Below are positions 62,144 through 64,000 of a stretch of DNA of 64,000 nt, one piece after another. A program made the translations under genes and the position numbers. The DNA is from an uncultured delta proteobacterium (GTDB taxonomy: Bacteria; Desulfobacterota; Binatia; DP-6): positions 640,001 to 704,000 of the forward strand of contig CAWFFN010000012.1 in assembly GCA_963815115.1 (NCBI GenBank), written 5' to 3'. The notes under the pieces were generated by a model. It did no database searches and had not been told where the DNA came from. It worked only from the letters and a program-made list of their open reading frames with translations. Positions within the stretch are counted from its first letter, which is position 1. Each line of letters opens with the position of its first letter.

Positions 62144-63753
62144 TCGCGCCCGCTCGCCGCTGGGAGGACCTGGTCGCCGGGTTCGAGTGGCGCGTCCCCG
62201 AGGAGTTCAACTTCGGCGCCTTGATCGACGCCTGGGCGACCGACCGGAGTCGCATCGCGCTCTACTGGGAGGACGAGGCGGGCCGCACCGCGCGCTCGAC
62301 CTTCTGGGATCTGCGACAGGCATCGAATCGCGCCATGAACGCGCTCGCGGCGCTCGGTGTCGGGCGCGGCGACGCGCTCCTCGTCATGCTGCCGCGGGTG
62401 CCGGCCTGGCACGTCGCGATGATCGCCGGGCTCAAGCTCGGAGCGCTCGTCATCCCCTGCACCGCGACGCTGCGGGCAAAGGACATCGCCTACCGGGTGC
62501 GGCACAGCGGAGCGCGCGCCGTCATCACCGCGCTCGAGCAGACGGCCGAGGTGGACCGGGCCGGCGCGGACGTGCCGGTGAAGGTCGCGCTGGGCGGCGG
62601 GCCCGCGGGATGGCACGACTGGGACGCTCTCCTCGCGCGCGCCGCGGCCACCGGCGTGCCCGCGCGCACGCGCAGCGACGAGCCGGCGCTTTGCTTCTAC
62701 ACCTCGGGGACGACCGGCAATCCGAAGGCGGTCCTGCACGCACACGCCTACACCTTCGCGCAGCGCTGGACCGGCGAGTACTGGCTCGATCTGCGCCGCA
62801 CCGACCTGCACTGGACGACCGCCGACACCGGCTGGGCCAAGGCCGCCTACGGCGTGCTCTTCGGCCCCTGGATGAACGGCGTGCCCACGCTCATGTACCA
62901 CGGGCGCTTCGATCCCGAGCGCCAGCTCGACCTGCTCGAGCGCTACGAGGTCTCGACCTTCTGCGCACCACCCACCGAGTACCGCCTGCTGGTGAAGCAG
63001 GACCTGTCGCGGCGGCGCCTGCCGCGGCTGCGCCACTGCACCGGCGCGGGCGAGCCGCTCAACCCCGAGGTGATCCATGCCTGGCACGACGCGCTGGGGC
63101 TGATGATCCACGACGGCTACGGGCAGACCGAGAGCATCATCCTCGCCGCCAACCTGCCGGCGCTGCCCATCCGGGTGGGCTCGATGGGCAAGCCGTTCCC
63201 GGGGCACGACCTCCGCGTGCTCGGGGACGACGGACAGGAGCTCCCGCCCGACGAGGTGGGCGATCTCGCGCTGCGCGGCCATCCGCCGTCGCTCTTCCGC
63301 GAGTACTGGAAGAGTCCCGTGGACACCGCCGCCGCGTGGCGCGGCGAATGGTACCTCACGGGAGACCGCGCCCGGCGTGACGAGGACGGCTACCTCTGGT
63401 TCGTCGGTCGCGCCGACGACGTCATCATCTCGGCCGGCTACCGCATCGGACCGTTCGAGGTGGAAAGCGCCCTGCTCGAGCATCCGGCGGTCGTCGAGTC
63501 CGCCGTCGTGGCCAGCCCCGACCCGGTGCGGGGCGAGATCGTGAAGGCGTTCGTGGTCCTGGGGCCCGGTCGGGTGGCGGGGGACGACCTGGTCCGGGAG
63601 CTCCAGGAGCACGTGAAGCGCGTCACGGCGCCCTACAAGTACCCGCGCGAGATCGAGTTCGTGGACGGCCTGCCGAAGACGGTGAGCGGCAAGATCCGGC
63701 GCGTCGAGCTGCGCGAGCGGGAGCGGCGCGCGAAGGCGACAATGCCGACGTGA
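62140..63753 (+). CDS. Acyl-CoA synthetase (medium-chain type)
   Basis: YTSGTTGNPK, DTGWAK, GYGQTE, TGD, GRADD, PKTVSGK; GTGA overlap. Confidence 0.92.
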   Translation: MIAPARRWEDLVAGFEWRVPEEFNFGALIDAWATDRSRIALYWEDEAGRTARSTFWDLRQASNRAMNALAALGVGRGDALLVMLPRVPAWHVAMIAGLKLGALVIPCTATLRAKDIAYRVRHSGARAVITALEQTAEVDRAGADVPVKVALGGGPAGWHDWDALLARAAATGVPARTRSDEPALCFYTSGTTGNPKAVLHAHAYTFAQRWTGEYWLDLRRTDLHWTTADTGWAKAAYGVLFGPWMNGVPTLMYHGRFDPERQLDLLERYEVSTFCAPPTEYRLLVKQDLSRRRLPRLRHCTGAGEPLNPEVIHAWHDALGLMIHDGYGQTESIILAANLPALPIRVGSMGKPFPGHDLRVLGDDGQELPPDEVGDLALRGHPPSLFREYWKSPVDTAAAWRGEWYLTGDRARRDEDGYLWFVGRADDVIISAGYRIGPFEVESALLEHPAVVESAVVASPDPVRGEIVKAFVVLGPGRVAGDDLVRELQEHVKRVTAPYKYPREIEFVDGLPKTVSGKIRRVELRERERRAKATMPT

Positions 63754-63780
63754 GCGCGCGGCAGCGCTCGGGTGCGCGCA

Positions 63781-64000
63781 TCAGGCCGGCGAGATCTCCA
63801 GCAGCTTCCGCCGTCCGAGCCCTCGGATGCGGGGCGGCGCGACGCCCACCTCGTCGCGCCAGAAGCGCTCGTCGCGCAGCAGGTCGACCACCGCCTCGAG
63901 GTGCCCGTCCTGGGTGAAGAGAGCGCCGCCCGGACGGAGCCGCGGCACGAGGTGCAGCAGGCAGGTGCGGGTCGAGCTCACGAGGTCGACGTCGAGCAGG
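63781..64000 (-). CDS. C-terminus of a TylF/MycF-like O-methyltransferase (5' end off window)
   Basis: LLDVDLVSSTRTCL..L.PRLRPGG...QD resembles the TylF DxDL motif region. Confidence 0.55.
   Translation of the reverse strand, partial: LLDVDLVSSTRTCLLHLVPRLRPGGALFTQDGHLEAVVDLLRDERFWRDEVGVAPPRIRGLGRRKLLEISPA

Overview
High-GC bacterial chromosomal window, densely coded (about 60 CDS). I found no rRNA, tRNA, CRISPR array, transposase or phage genes. The gene content suggests a soil Deltaproteobacteria-like lineage such as Ca. Binatota/Myxococcota (inference only). It includes lipid/acyl-CoA catabolism (three acyl-CoA dehydrogenases, a crotonase, two thiolase-fold proteins, an acyl-CoA synthetase, a P450, an LLM oxygenase), housekeeping genes (asnS, aroD, sppA, pabB/pabC-like, ctaA), a sigma-54-driven ammonium transporter, a peptide-type ABC system, a Phd-VapC toxin-antitoxin pair and several secreted proteins with unusual basic C-terminal appendages. 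The most striking non-coding signal is a family of intergenic two-hairpin repeats: five arms at three loci, two of which form the same ~280 bp composite element in opposite orientations. One hairpin shows compensatory base changes, and every arm begins 3-7 nt after a stop codon. Other notable items are a PhlA-PhlB-like fusion plus thiolase split by a PilT paralog with a duplicated N-terminal domain, a FadR-regulated diiron-oxygenase/esterase operon, an HtrA-like pseudoprotease upstream of a ThDP decarboxylase and acyl-CoA ligase, and many apparently leaderless promoters. Several single-base frameshifts (30.5-51.8 kb) look like assembly indels rather than pseudogenes.
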